Position numbers and translations under genes: made by a program. A stretch of DNA of 64,000 nucleotides from Eubacteriales bacterium (lineage in GTDB: Bacteria > Bacillota > Clostridia > Oscillospirales > UMGS1783), in the NCBI GenBank assembly GCA_045541395.1, contig JAZQIZ010000009.1, positions 20,302 through 84,301 of the forward strand, written 5' to 3'. Of the stretch, positions 40,121-50,653 are shown in pieces. Within the stretch, counting starts at the first letter, position 1; every line of letters starts with the position of its first letter. The notes under the pieces were generated by a model. That model saw nothing but the letters and a program-made list of their open reading frames with translations. It searched no databases and was not told the DNA's origin.

Positions 40121-41110
40121 GTGATGAATATGCAAAGGATAAATTCAATTATAAATTTTCTTGCTCCTAATATAGCGCTTTTAGTTTCGTCAATAAATTA
40201 TAAATATAAAAGCTTAATAAACGAACTGCGTATAAGAAAAGGACAGCCTTTATGCGCTGTGATCAATTCAAAAAACTATTATATTTCAAATTCAGGTTCT
40301 CTTTTAGAAGGCTGTGATAACGCTTATATTTGTACCGGTCAAGATGTTGACGACACTTTTCTTAATTTAACCAATCATTCTGTTTATGCCTATGAGGATC
40401 AGATATCTCTTGGATATTTGCCCCTGCCGTTCGGTAACAGGGCTGGGCTAAGCGGTAATCTTAATTTTGTCGACGGGAATTACCGACTTTTAAATCCTTA
40501 CGGAATATGTATCAGAATTGCAAGGGAGCATAAAGGTTGTGCTAAAGAGCTTATTCCCGTTTTTTATAATGAAGATAGTATTTGCTCAGGAGTGTTGATC
40601 TCTCCTCCCGGCGGCGGCAAAACCTCAATGCTGAGAGAATTAGCTCGGTGTCTGTCGGTTTTGGGAAAAAGGGTATGTGTTATAGATGAAAGAGGCGAAA
40701 TAGCAGGTCTTCATAAGGGTGTTCTGGCAATGGAATTAGGGCCTAATACTGATGTGATATCCGGTTCTAAAAAAGAAGACGGTATTCTAATGGCAGTAAG
40801 GAGCCTTAGCCCTGACGTTCTGATATTTGATGAATTAACTACCTCAAAACAAGCCCAAGCAGTTAATGATGCCCTTAACTGCGGTGTTGCCGCAATTATG
40901 TCTGTCCATTCAAACAGTATAGAAAAAGCTCTGAAGCGCCCACAGTTAACCCCGCTTGTTTTATCCGGTGCTTTGGACGTGGCAGTACTTCTCAAGGGTG
41001 CTGTTGAGCCGGGCAGAATTATTGAAATAAGCAATCTGAAGGATGATAAAAATGAAAATAACAATTCTCATAATGGTGTTCCTTTCGCTGACAGCTGCGG
41101 GATTTTTTAA
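40121..41110 (+). CDS. spoIIIAA: Stage III sporulation protein AA (ATPase)
   Basis: ELRIR, SPPGGGKTSMLRE, IDERGEIA and RSLSPDVLIFDE; first gene of an 8-gene operon. Confidence 0.9.
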   Translation: MMNMQRINSIINFLAPNIALLVSSINYKYKSLINELRIRKGQPLCAVINSKNYYISNSGSLLEGCDNAYICTGQDVDDTFLNLTNHSVYAYEDQISLGYLPLPFGNRAGLSGNLNFVDGNYRLLNPYGICIRIAREHKGCAKELIPVFYNEDSICSGVLISPPGGGKTSMLRELARCLSVLGKRVCVIDERGEIAGLHKGVLAMELGPNTDVISGSKKEDGILMAVRSLSPDVLIFDELTTSKQAQAVNDALNCGVAAIMSVHSNSIEKALKRPQLTPLVLSGALDVAVLLKGAVEPGRIIEISNLKDDKNENNNSHNGVPFADSCGIF

Positions 41111-41543
41111 GGCTGCCTCTGTCAAACAAAATTTATATGAAACCCAGGGTTTGATTTTACTTATTGAGCAAATAAAAGAGCGCCTTCGCTATTATAAGGC
41201 TCCCATTCATAATACTCTTGTATCGGTTTGTTCTTCTCTTTCTAAATATCAGTTGTGCCAAGGCCTTCTATTAGCTTTAAAAACCAATACAACTCCCTTT
41301 GAGGCCTGGAAAACGGCCGATGCTCAGAAATTCTTCAGCGAGGAAACCCTTTCAATAGCAAATGAATTCTTTTCTCTTTTGGGAACAAGCGGAATCGAAG
41401 GCCAGGAAAGTCTATGCAACGGTTGTCTTCAAAGACTCAATAGATTATATTTTTCTGCAAAGGAAGAGGCAAGCGGAAAAATGAAAATATACAAAAGTAT
41501 GGGGCTTCTTTCCGGAATCTTAACGGTAATTGTATTTATTTAG
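41043..41543 (+). CDS. spoIIIAB: Stage III sporulation protein AB
   Basis: Operon position; LG.S..EGQ and K.YKSMG.L.G motifs. Confidence 0.8.
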   Translation: MIKMKITILIMVFLSLTAAGFFKAASVKQNLYETQGLILLIEQIKERLRYYKAPIHNTLVSVCSSLSKYQLCQGLLLALKTNTTPFEAWKTADAQKFFSEETLSIANEFFSLLGTSGIEGQESLCNGCLQRLNRLYFSAKEEASGKMKIYKSMGLLSGILTVIVFI

Positions 41544-41554
41544 GGTGAAAAATA

Positions 41555-41749
41555 ATGGATGTGGATCTTATTTTCAAAATCGCCGCCGTTGGCATTGTTG
41601 TAACGGTATTAAATCAAGTGCTTGTACGCTCAGGCAGAGAAGATCAGGCAATGCTTACCGCTCTTGCAGGGGTAATAGTAGTGTTGCTTATGCTGGTACA
41701 GCAGATACATACCTTGTTTGAAACCGTAAAGTCGGTGTTTAACTTATGA
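41555..41749 (+). CDS. spoIIIAC: Stage III sporulation protein AC
   Basis: MDVDLIFKIAAVGIVV.VLNQVL.RSGREDQA. Confidence 0.95.
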   Translation: MDVDLIFKIAAVGIVVTVLNQVLVRSGREDQAMLTALAGVIVVLLMLVQQIHTLFETVKSVFNL

Positions 41750-42126
41750 TATTCAGGGTTATAGGAGCTGTTATAACTGCATGTATTATTACTGTGGTGC
41801 TTCGCTCTTATAGGGCGGAATACGGTATGCTGGTTTCATTGTGCAGTACAGCCGTTATATTTATTTGGTTTGCAGATTATATTGAACAGGGAATAAATCA
41901 CTTGAACTCTATTATAGAAAGCTTCGCAATTCCTTCACAGTCCTTCGGAGTTCTGATAAAGTGTCTTGGAATAACCGTAATATCCAAAATATCCTCAGAT
42001 ATCTGCCTGGATTGCAATCAGCAGGCAATGGCGTCTAAAATAGAAATATGTTCAAAAATTGCCGTTCTTATAACCGCCACACCGATATTTGCCGAGGTCC
42101 TCAATACCATAACGGCTTTTTTATAA
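41746..42126 (+). CDS. spoIIIAD: Stage III sporulation protein AD
   Basis: Operon position; LIKCLGI..SDICLD..ASKIE motif. Confidence 0.85.
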   Translation: MIFRVIGAVITACIITVVLRSYRAEYGMLVSLCSTAVIFIWFADYIEQGINHLNSIIESFAIPSQSFGVLIKCLGITVISKISSDICLDCNQQAMASKIEICSKIAVLITATPIFAEVLNTITAFL

Positions 42127-42129
42127 ATT

Positions 42130-43200
42130 ATGAAAAAAATAGTTTGTTTTATAATAGCTCTGCTCATGCTGACAGTAGGTGCGCTTGCTTCTGATATTTC
42201 TGTAGACGAGCTTTTGGATAACGCACCTGATGAGGTAACAAATAAAATATCTACCCCTGACGAGGCAGGAAAACTTTTGGATGCGGAAGAAATAATAAAT
42301 TTTCTGACAGATAATCTTCTTGATTCCGTAAAAGGTAATCTCAAAATAATCGGATGTATGATTGGCGTAGTGATAATAATGGGTATATACGAGGCCATGG
42401 CGGATTCCTTTTCGGCCGGCTCACGTATTGGGGATTTTGCCTGTGTGACCCTCGTTGCCCTTCTGGTTTGCAATCCGCTGTTTGTATTAATAGATGAGAT
42501 CCGTATTGCCGTAGAGGACACCGCTCATTACGTTTGCCTGTCGGTTCCGGTTTTTGCAGGGCTTCTTACTGCGCAGGGAAACGTAACCTCTGCTACAATA
42601 TTTAATTTACTGCTTTATAACGGAGCGTCAATAATTGCTCAGTTATTTTCATCTGTTGCAATGCCCCTATGCCATGGCTACGTTGCCATAGGGCTTGCCT
42701 CTCAGATGGGAGAAATGACTGCCCTTAAAAATATTACCTCGGGAATAAAGGCTACGGTTAACCGTGTTATAGTCACCGTTTCAATGGCCTTTACGGGGCT
42801 TCTCTCCTTGCAGAATATGCTTGGCAGATCGGGTGACGCACTTTCCAAAAAGGCCTTGAAGATCGCCGTAGGTTCCGCTTTGCCTGTTGGTGGTTCAGTC
42901 CTTTCCGATTCAGTAGACGCCTTTTGGGAAAGCTTGGGGCTTATAAAATCTGCAGGCGGTATAATTGCTGTTGCCGCAATTTTTTATCTTATTGCAATTC
43001 CTGTGATAAAAGCTCTGGCTGCAAGCCTTTGTGTTCGTCTTTGCAGCTTGATTGCTTCACTTGTAGGTTCAACGAGGGCAGTAGGGATGCTTACAGTGGT
43101 TGAAAATGCTTACAGTATGATGCTTACCGCCGCATTTGCCGTTTTGGTAATATTCGTTGTATCTATAGGTATTCTGTTATCAACAGGAGGAGCCGTATGA
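42130..43200 (+). CDS. spoIIIAE: Stage III sporulation protein AE
   Basis: Operon position, multi-TM protein, PV.G..LSD motif. Confidence 0.85.
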   Translation: MKKIVCFIIALLMLTVGALASDISVDELLDNAPDEVTNKISTPDEAGKLLDAEEIINFLTDNLLDSVKGNLKIIGCMIGVVIIMGIYEAMADSFSAGSRIGDFACVTLVALLVCNPLFVLIDEIRIAVEDTAHYVCLSVPVFAGLLTAQGNVTSATIFNLLLYNGASIIAQLFSSVAMPLCHGYVAIGLASQMGEMTALKNITSGIKATVNRVIVTVSMAFTGLLSLQNMLGRSGDALSKKALKIAVGSALPVGGSVLSDSVDAFWESLGLIKSAGGIIAVAAIFYLIAIPVIKALAASLCVRLCSLIASLVGSTRAVGMLTVVENAYSMMLTAAFAVLVIFVVSIGILLSTGGAV

Positions 43201-43652
43201 ATTCAGTTGGAGAATATTTGAAATCAGTTATAACAGTATCTCTCATTAGTGGTGTGATCTCCATGATCGCACCGAGAGGTTATAATAAAAAGGTGTTCAG
43301 GTTTATCTGCGGCATTTTCATGCTTCTTTGTGTTATAGCGCCAATTAAAGATATTGTTTTTGATTTTAAGCTTGATCTGAATTCAGACAATAAAGAGTAT
43401 TCCTTTGAAAAAACAGAAGAGTATATAACAGAAACCTCTGAAAACCAAATTAAAAGCCTTGTAAACGGCTGCGTAAAACAGGTAACAGGTACCAATGCTT
43501 CTGACATTACGGTTACATTGCGCAAGGAAGATCAAGAGTATGTGGCAGAAAATATAACCGTGATTTTAGATGAAAGCTATGCTAATAAAGCTGACGCTGT
43601 AAAAGATTTGATTTTTTCAAAATATGGACTTAAGGTACAGGTCATAACCTGA
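43197..43652 (+). CDS. spoIIIAF: Stage III sporulation protein AF
   Basis: Operon position; two N-terminal TM helices with P...KK..RFICG. Confidence 0.75.
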   Translation: MNSVGEYLKSVITVSLISGVISMIAPRGYNKKVFRFICGIFMLLCVIAPIKDIVFDFKLDLNSDNKEYSFEKTEEYITETSENQIKSLVNGCVKQVTGTNASDITVTLRKEDQEYVAENITVILDESYANKADAVKDLIFSKYGLKVQVIT

Positions 43653-43659
43653 AAGAAGG

Positions 43660-44199
43660 GTGAATATAATGGGAAACGTAAGAACAAATAGCCTGAAAAC
43701 CGTACTGAATAAAATAAAAAAAAGTAACCTTCTTATAATTGTAGCAGCCGTGTTGGTCCTTATGCTGGTTTTTGCTTCATTTACAGCAGAAAAAGGGGAT
43801 ATTACTCCTGAGAAAGCTATTGATCTTTATAATAAACAGTACTGTATCAGCCTTGAAGAAAAGCTGGAAACAGTGGTTTATGCCGTAAACGGAATAGAGA
43901 AATGCGTTGCTATGGTGACATTAAAGGGCGGCGTAGAATACATTTACGCTTCGGATAACCAGCAAAGCCATACAAGCGGTGATAAGGAAAGTATGGAAGA
44001 GAAAAGCAACGTTACGGTGTTGTCGGATAAACAGCAGGGAGAAAAGGCGGTTGTTATTAAGGAGTTATACCCTGAAATAAACGGTGTTGCTCTTGTTTGC
44101 AAAGGTAATAACAGCCCTTCAGTTATCCTCGCAGTAAAAAATGCGGCCGCAACAGCTCTTGGTATCAGTACGGATAAAGTGTGCGTAATAATTGAATAA
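43660..44199 (+). CDS. spoIIIAG: Stage III sporulation protein AG
   Basis: LEEKLE..V..V.G and P.INGVALVC.G motifs. Confidence 0.8.
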   Translation: MNIMGNVRTNSLKTVLNKIKKSNLLIIVAAVLVLMLVFASFTAEKGDITPEKAIDLYNKQYCISLEEKLETVVYAVNGIEKCVAMVTLKGGVEYIYASDNQQSHTSGDKESMEEKSNVTVLSDKQQGEKAVVIKELYPEINGVALVCKGNNSPSVILAVKNAAATALGISTDKVCVIIE

Positions 44200-44205
44200 A
44201 GGAGT

Positions 44206-44748
44206 ATGTTTATGAAAATGCTAAAAAAACACTTTTTACTTATTACTCTTTGCGGCATAATTTGTGTTGCTTTGTTTTTGGGAGCCACTATGAACAAGGA
44301 AAATGCCGATGACGTGCTGGATGCAAAAGAGGCAAATGCAACAGAGGAACAATTGGAGGATGATAAGGTCTTGGGTAAGGCGGAATTCGTAAGCGCAACC
44401 AATGAGTATTTTGACAGCGCCCGACTGAATCGTCAGGAAACAAGAGCTGAAGCCACCGGCATACTTCAGGGTATAATAGATTCCGAAACTGCCACAGAAG
44501 AGGAAAGGGAAGAGGCACAGAGTAAAATAATCGATCTGTCGGAAGCGGCTGACGCCGAAGGCCGTATAGAAAACCTTGTGAAGGCAAAAGGTTATACCGA
44601 ATGTATCGCAATTATAGGCGAGGAAAGTGTTAACGTAATAGTGCAATCCGACGGTCTTGAAAGCGCAGACGTTGCAATAATCAAAGATATAGCAACCGGA
44701 GAAAGTCTTAAGAATCCGTCCGATATAAAAATAATTGAGAGTAAATAG
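44206..44748 (+). CDS. spoIIIAH: Stage III sporulation protein AH
   Basis: YF..ARL.R..TR and E..IENLVKAKGY motifs. Confidence 0.85.
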   Translation: MFMKMLKKHFLLITLCGIICVALFLGATMNKENADDVLDAKEANATEEQLEDDKVLGKAEFVSATNEYFDSARLNRQETRAEATGILQGIIDSETATEEEREEAQSKIIDLSEAADAEGRIENLVKAKGYTECIAIIGEESVNVIVQSDGLESADVAIIKDIATGESLKNPSDIKIIESK

Positions 44749-44832
44749 TTGTTTTTTTGAAAATTTATGCTATAATATCAGTATATGTACGTGTTTGCAG
44801 TGTATTTTTCGTTAGAAAAAGGAGATGTTTAA

Positions 44833-45198
44833 ATGAGCAAATTTTTCACAAATAATGAATTACAGAACATTGAAATATCTGATGACGTTATAGTTTCTAT
44901 TGTTGCTATTACCGCCTCTGAAGTAGACGGTGTTGTGCCTAACGGCAAGCCCGTTGCTATGGATCTTAAAGAGCTGATCACAAAAAAGAGCTTCGGTAAA
45001 AACGTTGTTGTTACCGAAGAAGGCGGAAAGATTTCTATTACTATTTCCATTACCGTAGAATACGGTAAGCCTATTACAGAGATATGCCAGAACGTTCAGA
45101 AAGCTGTTTACGAAGCGGTTACGAACTATACCAGCCTTGACGTTACAAGTGTTGACGTTCAGGTTGGCGGCATTTATTTTCCCAAGGCCGCAAAATAA
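44833..45198 (+). CDS. Asp23/Gls24 family protein (YqhY-like)
   Basis: ISDDVI..I..I.A.EVDGV, VEYG; conserved position before nusB. Confidence 0.85.
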   Translation: MSKFFTNNELQNIEISDDVIVSIVAITASEVDGVVPNGKPVAMDLKELITKKSFGKNVVVTEEGGKISITISITVEYGKPITEICQNVQKAVYEAVTNYTSLDVTSVDVQVGGIYFPKAAK

Positions 45199-45204
45199 TT
45201 TTTC

Positions 45205-45245
45205 AAATAACCCCTTGTTTTTTTAACAAGGGGTTTATTTTTTTT
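45205..45245 (+). terminator. Intrinsic terminator
   Basis: aaccccttgtt...aacaaggggtt followed by a T-tract. Confidence 0.7.
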
Positions 45246-45301
45246 CATTTTTATAGTATAATTATAAATAAATAAAAATGGGGAAGTAGGACTATTTTAT
45301 T

Positions 45302-45715
45302 ATGGACAGAAGAAAAGCAAGAAAAGAAGCCTTTTGCGCTATATATGAATACTATTTCAACGAAGGCGATACAAAAATAGAAGACATTATTTTAAGAGAA
45401 CAGCAACAGCGCGGTCTGGAACAGGACGATTATCTGGATAGTGTTTGTCTCGGAGTTACAAGTAACACCGAGAAACTGGACTTGGTTATAGAAAAATATC
45501 TAAAGGGCTGGAAATTAAACCGTATTTCCAAGGTAGCCAAAGCCATCCTTCGTCTTGCTATTTATGAAATTATGTTTGTGGAGGAAATTCCCGTTAACGT
45601 ATCCATAAACGAAGCTATTGAGCTTGCAAAGCTTTACGGTGAAGATGCTGCTCCCGGCTTTATAAACGGTGTTTTAGGTGCATATATCCGCGAAACAGAA
45701 ACAACGGAGCAGTAA
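45302..45715 (+). CDS. nusB: Transcription antitermination factor NusB
   Basis: RRKAR, W.L.RI, ILRLAIYE, VSINEAIELAK.YG and FINGVL motifs. Confidence 0.95.
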   Translation: MDRRKARKEAFCAIYEYYFNEGDTKIEDIILREQQQRGLEQDDYLDSVCLGVTSNTEKLDLVIEKYLKGWKLNRISKVAKAILRLAIYEIMFVEEIPVNVSINEAIELAKLYGEDAAPGFINGVLGAYIRETETTEQ

Positions 45716-45716
45716 T

Positions 45717-46925
45717 ATGGAGCCTATTACCGTAAAACAGCTCAATACTTATATTAAGTCAATTATAGAAAGTAATGCGCTGCTTTATAACGTGGCTGTT
45801 AAGGGCGAAATATCAAACTTTACAAATCATTATAAAACAGGCCATTTCTATTTCAGCTTAAAATACGATAATGCCCTTGTTCGTTGCGTTATGTTCAGAA
45901 CCAGCGCGTCTCGTATTAACTTTATTCCAAAGGACGGTATGCTGGTAACCGCAAAAGGTAGGGTAAGCGTATTTGAAAGAGACGGCCAGTATCAGCTTTA
46001 CGTTGAAAATATGCAGCCTGAAGGAGCAGGGGATTTAAACCTGGCCTTTGAAATGCTTAAAGAAAAGCTGCGTTTGCAGGGGCTTTTTGATAAGGAAAGA
46101 AAAAAGCCTTTGCCTAAGATCCCTTTGCGTATAGGCGTTGTCACGTCTCCTACAGGTGCTGCTGTCAGAGATATTATAAACGTTTTAGGAAGAAGATTTC
46201 CCGCGGCAAAGGTTATTCTTTACCCTGTTCTTGTTCAGGGTGAATTCGCGGCAGATTCTATTTGCAAAGCGTTAAAATACTTTGATGATACAAACGGTGC
46301 TGATGTTATAATCGCAGGGCGTGGCGGCGGTTCAATTGAAGATCTGTGGGCCTTTAATGAGGAAAAGGTGGCTTTAACCATTTCGGAGATGCGTATTCCT
46401 GTTATTTCCGCCGTGGGTCACGAAACTGATTTTACCATAGCGGATTTTGTTGCGGATCTAAGGGCTCCAACTCCTTCTGCGGCGGCAGAACTTGCTGTAC
46501 CCAGCACTGCCGAGCTTATAACAAAGTTCAATAATGTTCAAAACAGACTTAAATTACTTCTATCCAATAACTTAAAATACAAAAAACAGCAAATAGACTA
46601 TATAAACAACAGTGTTGCTTTTTCCGATCCTTTGCGGTTTATAAATGAGCGCAGAATGGTGCTGGATCACATAGTTGCGGCCCTTAATTCCGGCATGAAG
46701 CTTAAAACTGCCAATGCCAGTGGGGCCTTTTCGGTGCTTGTTGGCAAGCTTGACTCCTTGAGCCCTCTTGCGGTACTGAATCGCGGTTATTCAGTTATGA
46801 AAAGCAAAGAAGGTAAGGTTATTAATAAGGCGGCTGTATTGACTGTAGGCCAGAGATTGACAGCTTCGTTTGGTGATGGTAGTGCCGAAGTTACGGTAGA
46901 AGAAGTGAATTTAAAGGGAGAATAA
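45717..46925 (+). CDS. xseA: Exodeoxyribonuclease VII large subunit
   Basis: GEISNF, GHFYFSLK, GRGGGSIEDLWAFN and GHETD motifs. Confidence 0.95.
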   Translation: MEPITVKQLNTYIKSIIESNALLYNVAVKGEISNFTNHYKTGHFYFSLKYDNALVRCVMFRTSASRINFIPKDGMLVTAKGRVSVFERDGQYQLYVENMQPEGAGDLNLAFEMLKEKLRLQGLFDKERKKPLPKIPLRIGVVTSPTGAAVRDIINVLGRRFPAAKVILYPVLVQGEFAADSICKALKYFDDTNGADVIIAGRGGGSIEDLWAFNEEKVALTISEMRIPVISAVGHETDFTIADFVADLRAPTPSAAAELAVPSTAELITKFNNVQNRLKLLLSNNLKYKKQQIDYINNSVAFSDPLRFINERRMVLDHIVAALNSGMKLKTANASGAFSVLVGKLDSLSPLAVLNRGYSVMKSKEGKVINKAAVLTVGQRLTASFGDGSAEVTVEEVNLKGE

Positions 46926-46927
46926 CA

Positions 46928-47158
46928 ATGGCTGAAACAAAAAGCTTTGAAGAATCCATAAAAAGACTGGAAGAAATAGTTAAATTATTAGAAAACGGTG
47001 ATACCCCTTTGGAAACATCTATAGGGCTTTTTGAAGAGGGTGTTGCCCTTTCAGGCTATTGCAATAAACTGCTTGAAAGTGCCAATCAGAAGGTAGTTAT
47101 GCTAACACAGCAGAACGGTGAAATGGTTGAGCAGGAATTTAAGGGGATGGAAGAATGA
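46928..47158 (+). CDS. xseB: Exodeoxyribonuclease VII small subunit
   Basis: FEESIKRLEEIV..LE.G..PLE.SI.LFEEG. Confidence 0.95.
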   Translation: MAETKSFEESIKRLEEIVKLLENGDTPLETSIGLFEEGVALSGYCNKLLESANQKVVMLTQQNGEMVEQEFKGMEE

Positions 47159-48036
47159 GTGCTTTCAAGGAAGAACTTAACGTCCGTGCGCTGGAAGTGG
47201 AATCAAATCTTACCTTCCTTATGCCTCCGTTTTCAGGCACAGAAGAAATAATATATGAATCTGCAAGATATAGTCTTCTTGCCGGCGGAAAGAGACTGCG
47301 CCCTATTTTGTTTTTGGAATTTGCAAAAATATTCGGCGCAGATAAAGAAAGTGCTATGCCCTATGCCTGCGCCCTTGAAATGATCCATACCTATTCGCTT
47401 ATTCACGATGATCTGCCCTGTATGGATAATGACGAATTCCGTCGTGGAATGAAAACTAACCATATGGTTTACGGTGAAGCTATAGCGCTTCTGGCAGGAG
47501 ATGCTCTTTTGAACCGCGCTTATGAAATTATGCTCAGAGCGTCGGTCAACAAGGGATCAAATGCAGTTAACGCAATGTACTGTATTGCTTCAAATTCAGG
47601 TATTGAAGGTATGGTTGGCGGCCAGGTAATAGATCTTGTAAGTGAAGGTATCGACATTGTCGGTGAAACTCTTATCGATATGTACAGTAAAAAAACCTGC
47701 GGTCTTTTGCGGGCGGCATGTGAAGGCGGCGCCGCTTTTGCAGGTGCCGATCATACTGTACTGCAAACAGTAAGAGAATATGCAACTCAGCTTGGTATTG
47801 CATTTCAGATAAGAGACGATATTCTTGACGTTATTGGTGATGAAAAGCTTTTAGGTAAGCCCGTTGGCAGTGACGATTCCAACAGTAAATCTACTGCAGT
47901 TCATATTTATGGACTGGAAAAGGCTAAGGAGCTTGCAAATTATCACACCCGGAAAGCTCTTTCTCTGCTTGAAGGTATCCCCAATAACAAATTTTTAAAG
48001 GAACTTACAAATTATCTTTTAACAAGAGAAAACTAA
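47155..48036 (+). CDS. ispA: Geranyltranstransferase / polyprenyl diphosphate synthase
   Basis: GGKRLRP, HDDLPCMD, RRG and FQIRDDILD motifs. Confidence 0.93.
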   Translation: MSAFKEELNVRALEVESNLTFLMPPFSGTEEIIYESARYSLLAGGKRLRPILFLEFAKIFGADKESAMPYACALEMIHTYSLIHDDLPCMDNDEFRRGMKTNHMVYGEAIALLAGDALLNRAYEIMLRASVNKGSNAVNAMYCIASNSGIEGMVGGQVIDLVSEGIDIVGETLIDMYSKKTCGLLRAACEGGAAFAGADHTVLQTVREYATQLGIAFQIRDDILDVIGDEKLLGKPVGSDDSNSKSTAVHIYGLEKAKELANYHTRKALSLLEGIPNNKFLKELTNYLLTREN

Positions 48037-48037
48037 T

Positions 48038-49849
48038 ATGAGTATTTTAGATAAAGTTAATTCTATTGAGGACGTTAAAAATTTAAGAAGCGATGAGCTT
48101 GCTCCTCTTGCTGCGGATATACGCTCTTTTTTGATCAAAAGCGTTTCGCAAACCGGCGGTCACCTGGCTTCCAATTTAGGCGTTGTAGAGCTTACAATTG
48201 CAATACACCGTGTTTTTAACCTGCCTCAGGATAAGCTTGTTTTTGATGTTGGCCATCAATGCTACGTTCATAAGATCCTTACCGGCAGAAAGGATAAAAT
48301 GCCGACCCTCAGGAAATTCAAGGGCTTAAGTGGATTTCCAAAGCCTTATGAAAGTGAAACTGACTGTTTTATAGCAGGTCATGCAAGTAATTCAATTTCT
48401 GTTGGTCTCGGATTCGCTAAAGCAGAACAGCTGCAAAACACAAAAAACAGCACTGTCGTTATTATTGGTGACGGTGCAATGACCGGCGGCTTAGCTTATG
48501 AAGGCTTTTGTAACGGCGGTAAAAGCGGCACCCGCCTAATTGTTTGTTATAATGATAACGGAATGTCCATTTCCAAAACCGTAGGCAGCGGTTCAAAAGC
48601 CATAACCAAAATAAGAAGCTCCCGCAAATATTTTAAAGTAAAAAACAGAACCAACAGGCTTCTGGGAAAACTTCCTCTTATTGGCGCCCCTTTGCAGAAG
48701 GCAATTAAAAAATCGGTTAAATTCTTTAAGAATATGATCTATAAAACCAATTTCATAGAGGATATGGGCTACTCCTATTTAGGTCCTGTAAACGGTCACG
48801 ATACCGAAGCTCTGGAGGTTATCCTTGCCAGAGCAAAAGAAATGGAAACACCCTGTTTTGTGCATATCGTTACAACTAAGGGTAAGGGCTTTGAAGCCGC
48901 AGAGAATGACCCTGAAACCTTCCACGGCGCACCTAAATTTGATGAAAATACCGGCGAATTTCTGAATCCTTCAGTTAAAGATTTTTCCGCGGTATTTGGT
49001 GAGACCCTTTGTAATATGGCAAAGGAAGATAATAAGATATGTGCGGTCACTGCCGCTATGGAATCAGGCTGCGGACTTTCTGAATTTGCCAAGCTGTACC
49101 CAAAGAGATTTTTCGACGTGGGAATTGCCGAAGGTCACGGTGTAGCATTCAGTTCTGCAATGGCCGTTGGCGGTATGACACCGGTTTTTGCGGTGTATTC
49201 CTCGTTTTTACAAAGAACTTACGATCAGCTCATTCATGACGTTGCCCTTATGAATTCCCACACGGTTTTAGCTATAGACCGTGCCGGTATCGTCGGCGCT
49301 GACGGGGAGACACATAACGGTCTTTTTGACGTAAATATTCTTAAAACAGTTCCCGGTATCACCGTATTTTCGCCCGCAAACTTTAATGAGCTTAAAACCG
49401 CTCTTCATAAGGCAGTTTATGAAGAAAAAGGACCTGTTGCCGTAAGATATCCAAGAGGTACTGAGCCGGAAAATTTAAAAGATTTAAACTGTATGAATGA
49501 AGATGTTTCATTCCTAATAAATAATAACAGTAAAAAGCTTGTAATAACCTATGGTATTCAAACTTCTCTATGTATGGAAGCCTGCAGGCAAGCAGGAGCG
49601 GATCTTCTTAAAATTAACCGTATTTGCCCTATCAACGAAAGCTTAAAGATGCTTGCCAATAATTATGAGGATATACTTGTGGTTGAAGAGACCTTCCGAA
49701 AAGGCGGCTTAGGGGAAGAAATAGCCGCAATGCTTTCAGGTAAGCAAATAAAAATAAAGGCAATTAACGGCTTTGTGGAGCACGGCTCTTATGAGCAGCT
49801 TACAAGCCTTTTAGGCCTTGATGAAAACGGCATAATTAAGGAGTTATAA
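48038..49849 (+). CDS. dxs: 1-deoxy-D-xylulose-5-phosphate synthase
   Basis: GGHLASNLG, DVGHQ, GDGA..GG, DVGIAE and RYPRG motifs. Confidence 0.95.
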   Translation: MSILDKVNSIEDVKNLRSDELAPLAADIRSFLIKSVSQTGGHLASNLGVVELTIAIHRVFNLPQDKLVFDVGHQCYVHKILTGRKDKMPTLRKFKGLSGFPKPYESETDCFIAGHASNSISVGLGFAKAEQLQNTKNSTVVIIGDGAMTGGLAYEGFCNGGKSGTRLIVCYNDNGMSISKTVGSGSKAITKIRSSRKYFKVKNRTNRLLGKLPLIGAPLQKAIKKSVKFFKNMIYKTNFIEDMGYSYLGPVNGHDTEALEVILARAKEMETPCFVHIVTTKGKGFEAAENDPETFHGAPKFDENTGEFLNPSVKDFSAVFGETLCNMAKEDNKICAVTAAMESGCGLSEFAKLYPKRFFDVGIAEGHGVAFSSAMAVGGMTPVFAVYSSFLQRTYDQLIHDVALMNSHTVLAIDRAGIVGADGETHNGLFDVNILKTVPGITVFSPANFNELKTALHKAVYEEKGPVAVRYPRGTEPENLKDLNCMNEDVSFLINNNSKKLVITYGIQTSLCMEACRQAGADLLKINRICPINESLKMLANNYEDILVVEETFRKGGLGEEIAAMLSGKQIKIKAINGFVEHGSYEQLTSLLGLDENGIIKEL

Positions 49850-49851
49850 AT

Positions 49852-50652
49852 ATGGCTCAGAAAGAAAGAATAGACGTTCTGCTGTGTAAAACAGGTCTTT
49901 GCGAAAGCCGTCAGAAAGCCCAGCAACTCATTATGGCAGGTGAGGTTTTTGTTAACGGTCAACGTGTAGATAAAGCAGGTACTCAGGTTACAGAGGATGC
50001 AAATATTGAAATTAAGGGTGACGTTTGCCCCTTTGTTAGCAGAGGCGGATATAAACTTGCAAAGGCTATCCCAACCTTTAATATAAATCTGGAAAACTGT
50101 GTTTGTATGGACGTAGGTGCTTCTACCGGCGGTTTTACCGACTGCATGCTTCAAAACGGCGCAAAAAAGGTTTATTGTATTGACGTCGGCTACGGTCAGC
50201 TTGCATGGAAGCTTAGATGCGATGAGCGTGTGGTTAATTATGAAAGGACCAACGTTCGTAATTTAACAAAAGAACAGGTTCCTGATGAGATCGACTTTAT
50301 TAGTATAGATGTTTCATTTATTTCATTAAAAATAGTTTTGCCTGTACTTAAGCAGTTTATGAACCCTGATACCCGTCTTGTTGCTCTTATTAAACCTCAA
50401 TTTGAGGCAGGGAAGGGGCAAGTCGGTAAAAACGGTGTTGTAAGAGAAAGGGAAATCCACTTAAGCGTTATAAAAGGTGTTCTTGAATTTTGCAAACAGG
50501 AAGATTTTTTGGTTACAGGGCTTGATTTTTCTCCCGTCAAAGGCCCCAAGGGCAATATAGAATTTCTTTTATATCTCGGCGGTCAAAGTGTGGAGATAGA
50601 CCCTGAATCAGTTGTTGATAATGCACATAATTTGCTGAACGGAGTTGTCTGA
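49852..50652 (+). CDS. tlyA: TlyA family rRNA methyltransferase
   Basis: S4 domain, VSRGGYKL, DVGASTGGFTD and KPQFE motifs. Confidence 0.95.
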   Translation: MAQKERIDVLLCKTGLCESRQKAQQLIMAGEVFVNGQRVDKAGTQVTEDANIEIKGDVCPFVSRGGYKLAKAIPTFNINLENCVCMDVGASTGGFTDCMLQNGAKKVYCIDVGYGQLAWKLRCDERVVNYERTNVRNLTKEQVPDEIDFISIDVSFISLKIVLPVLKQFMNPDTRLVALIKPQFEAGKGQVGKNGVVREREIHLSVIKGVLEFCKQEDFLVTGLDFSPVKGPKGNIEFLLYLGGQSVEIDPESVVDNAHNLLNGVV

Positions 50653-50653
50653 T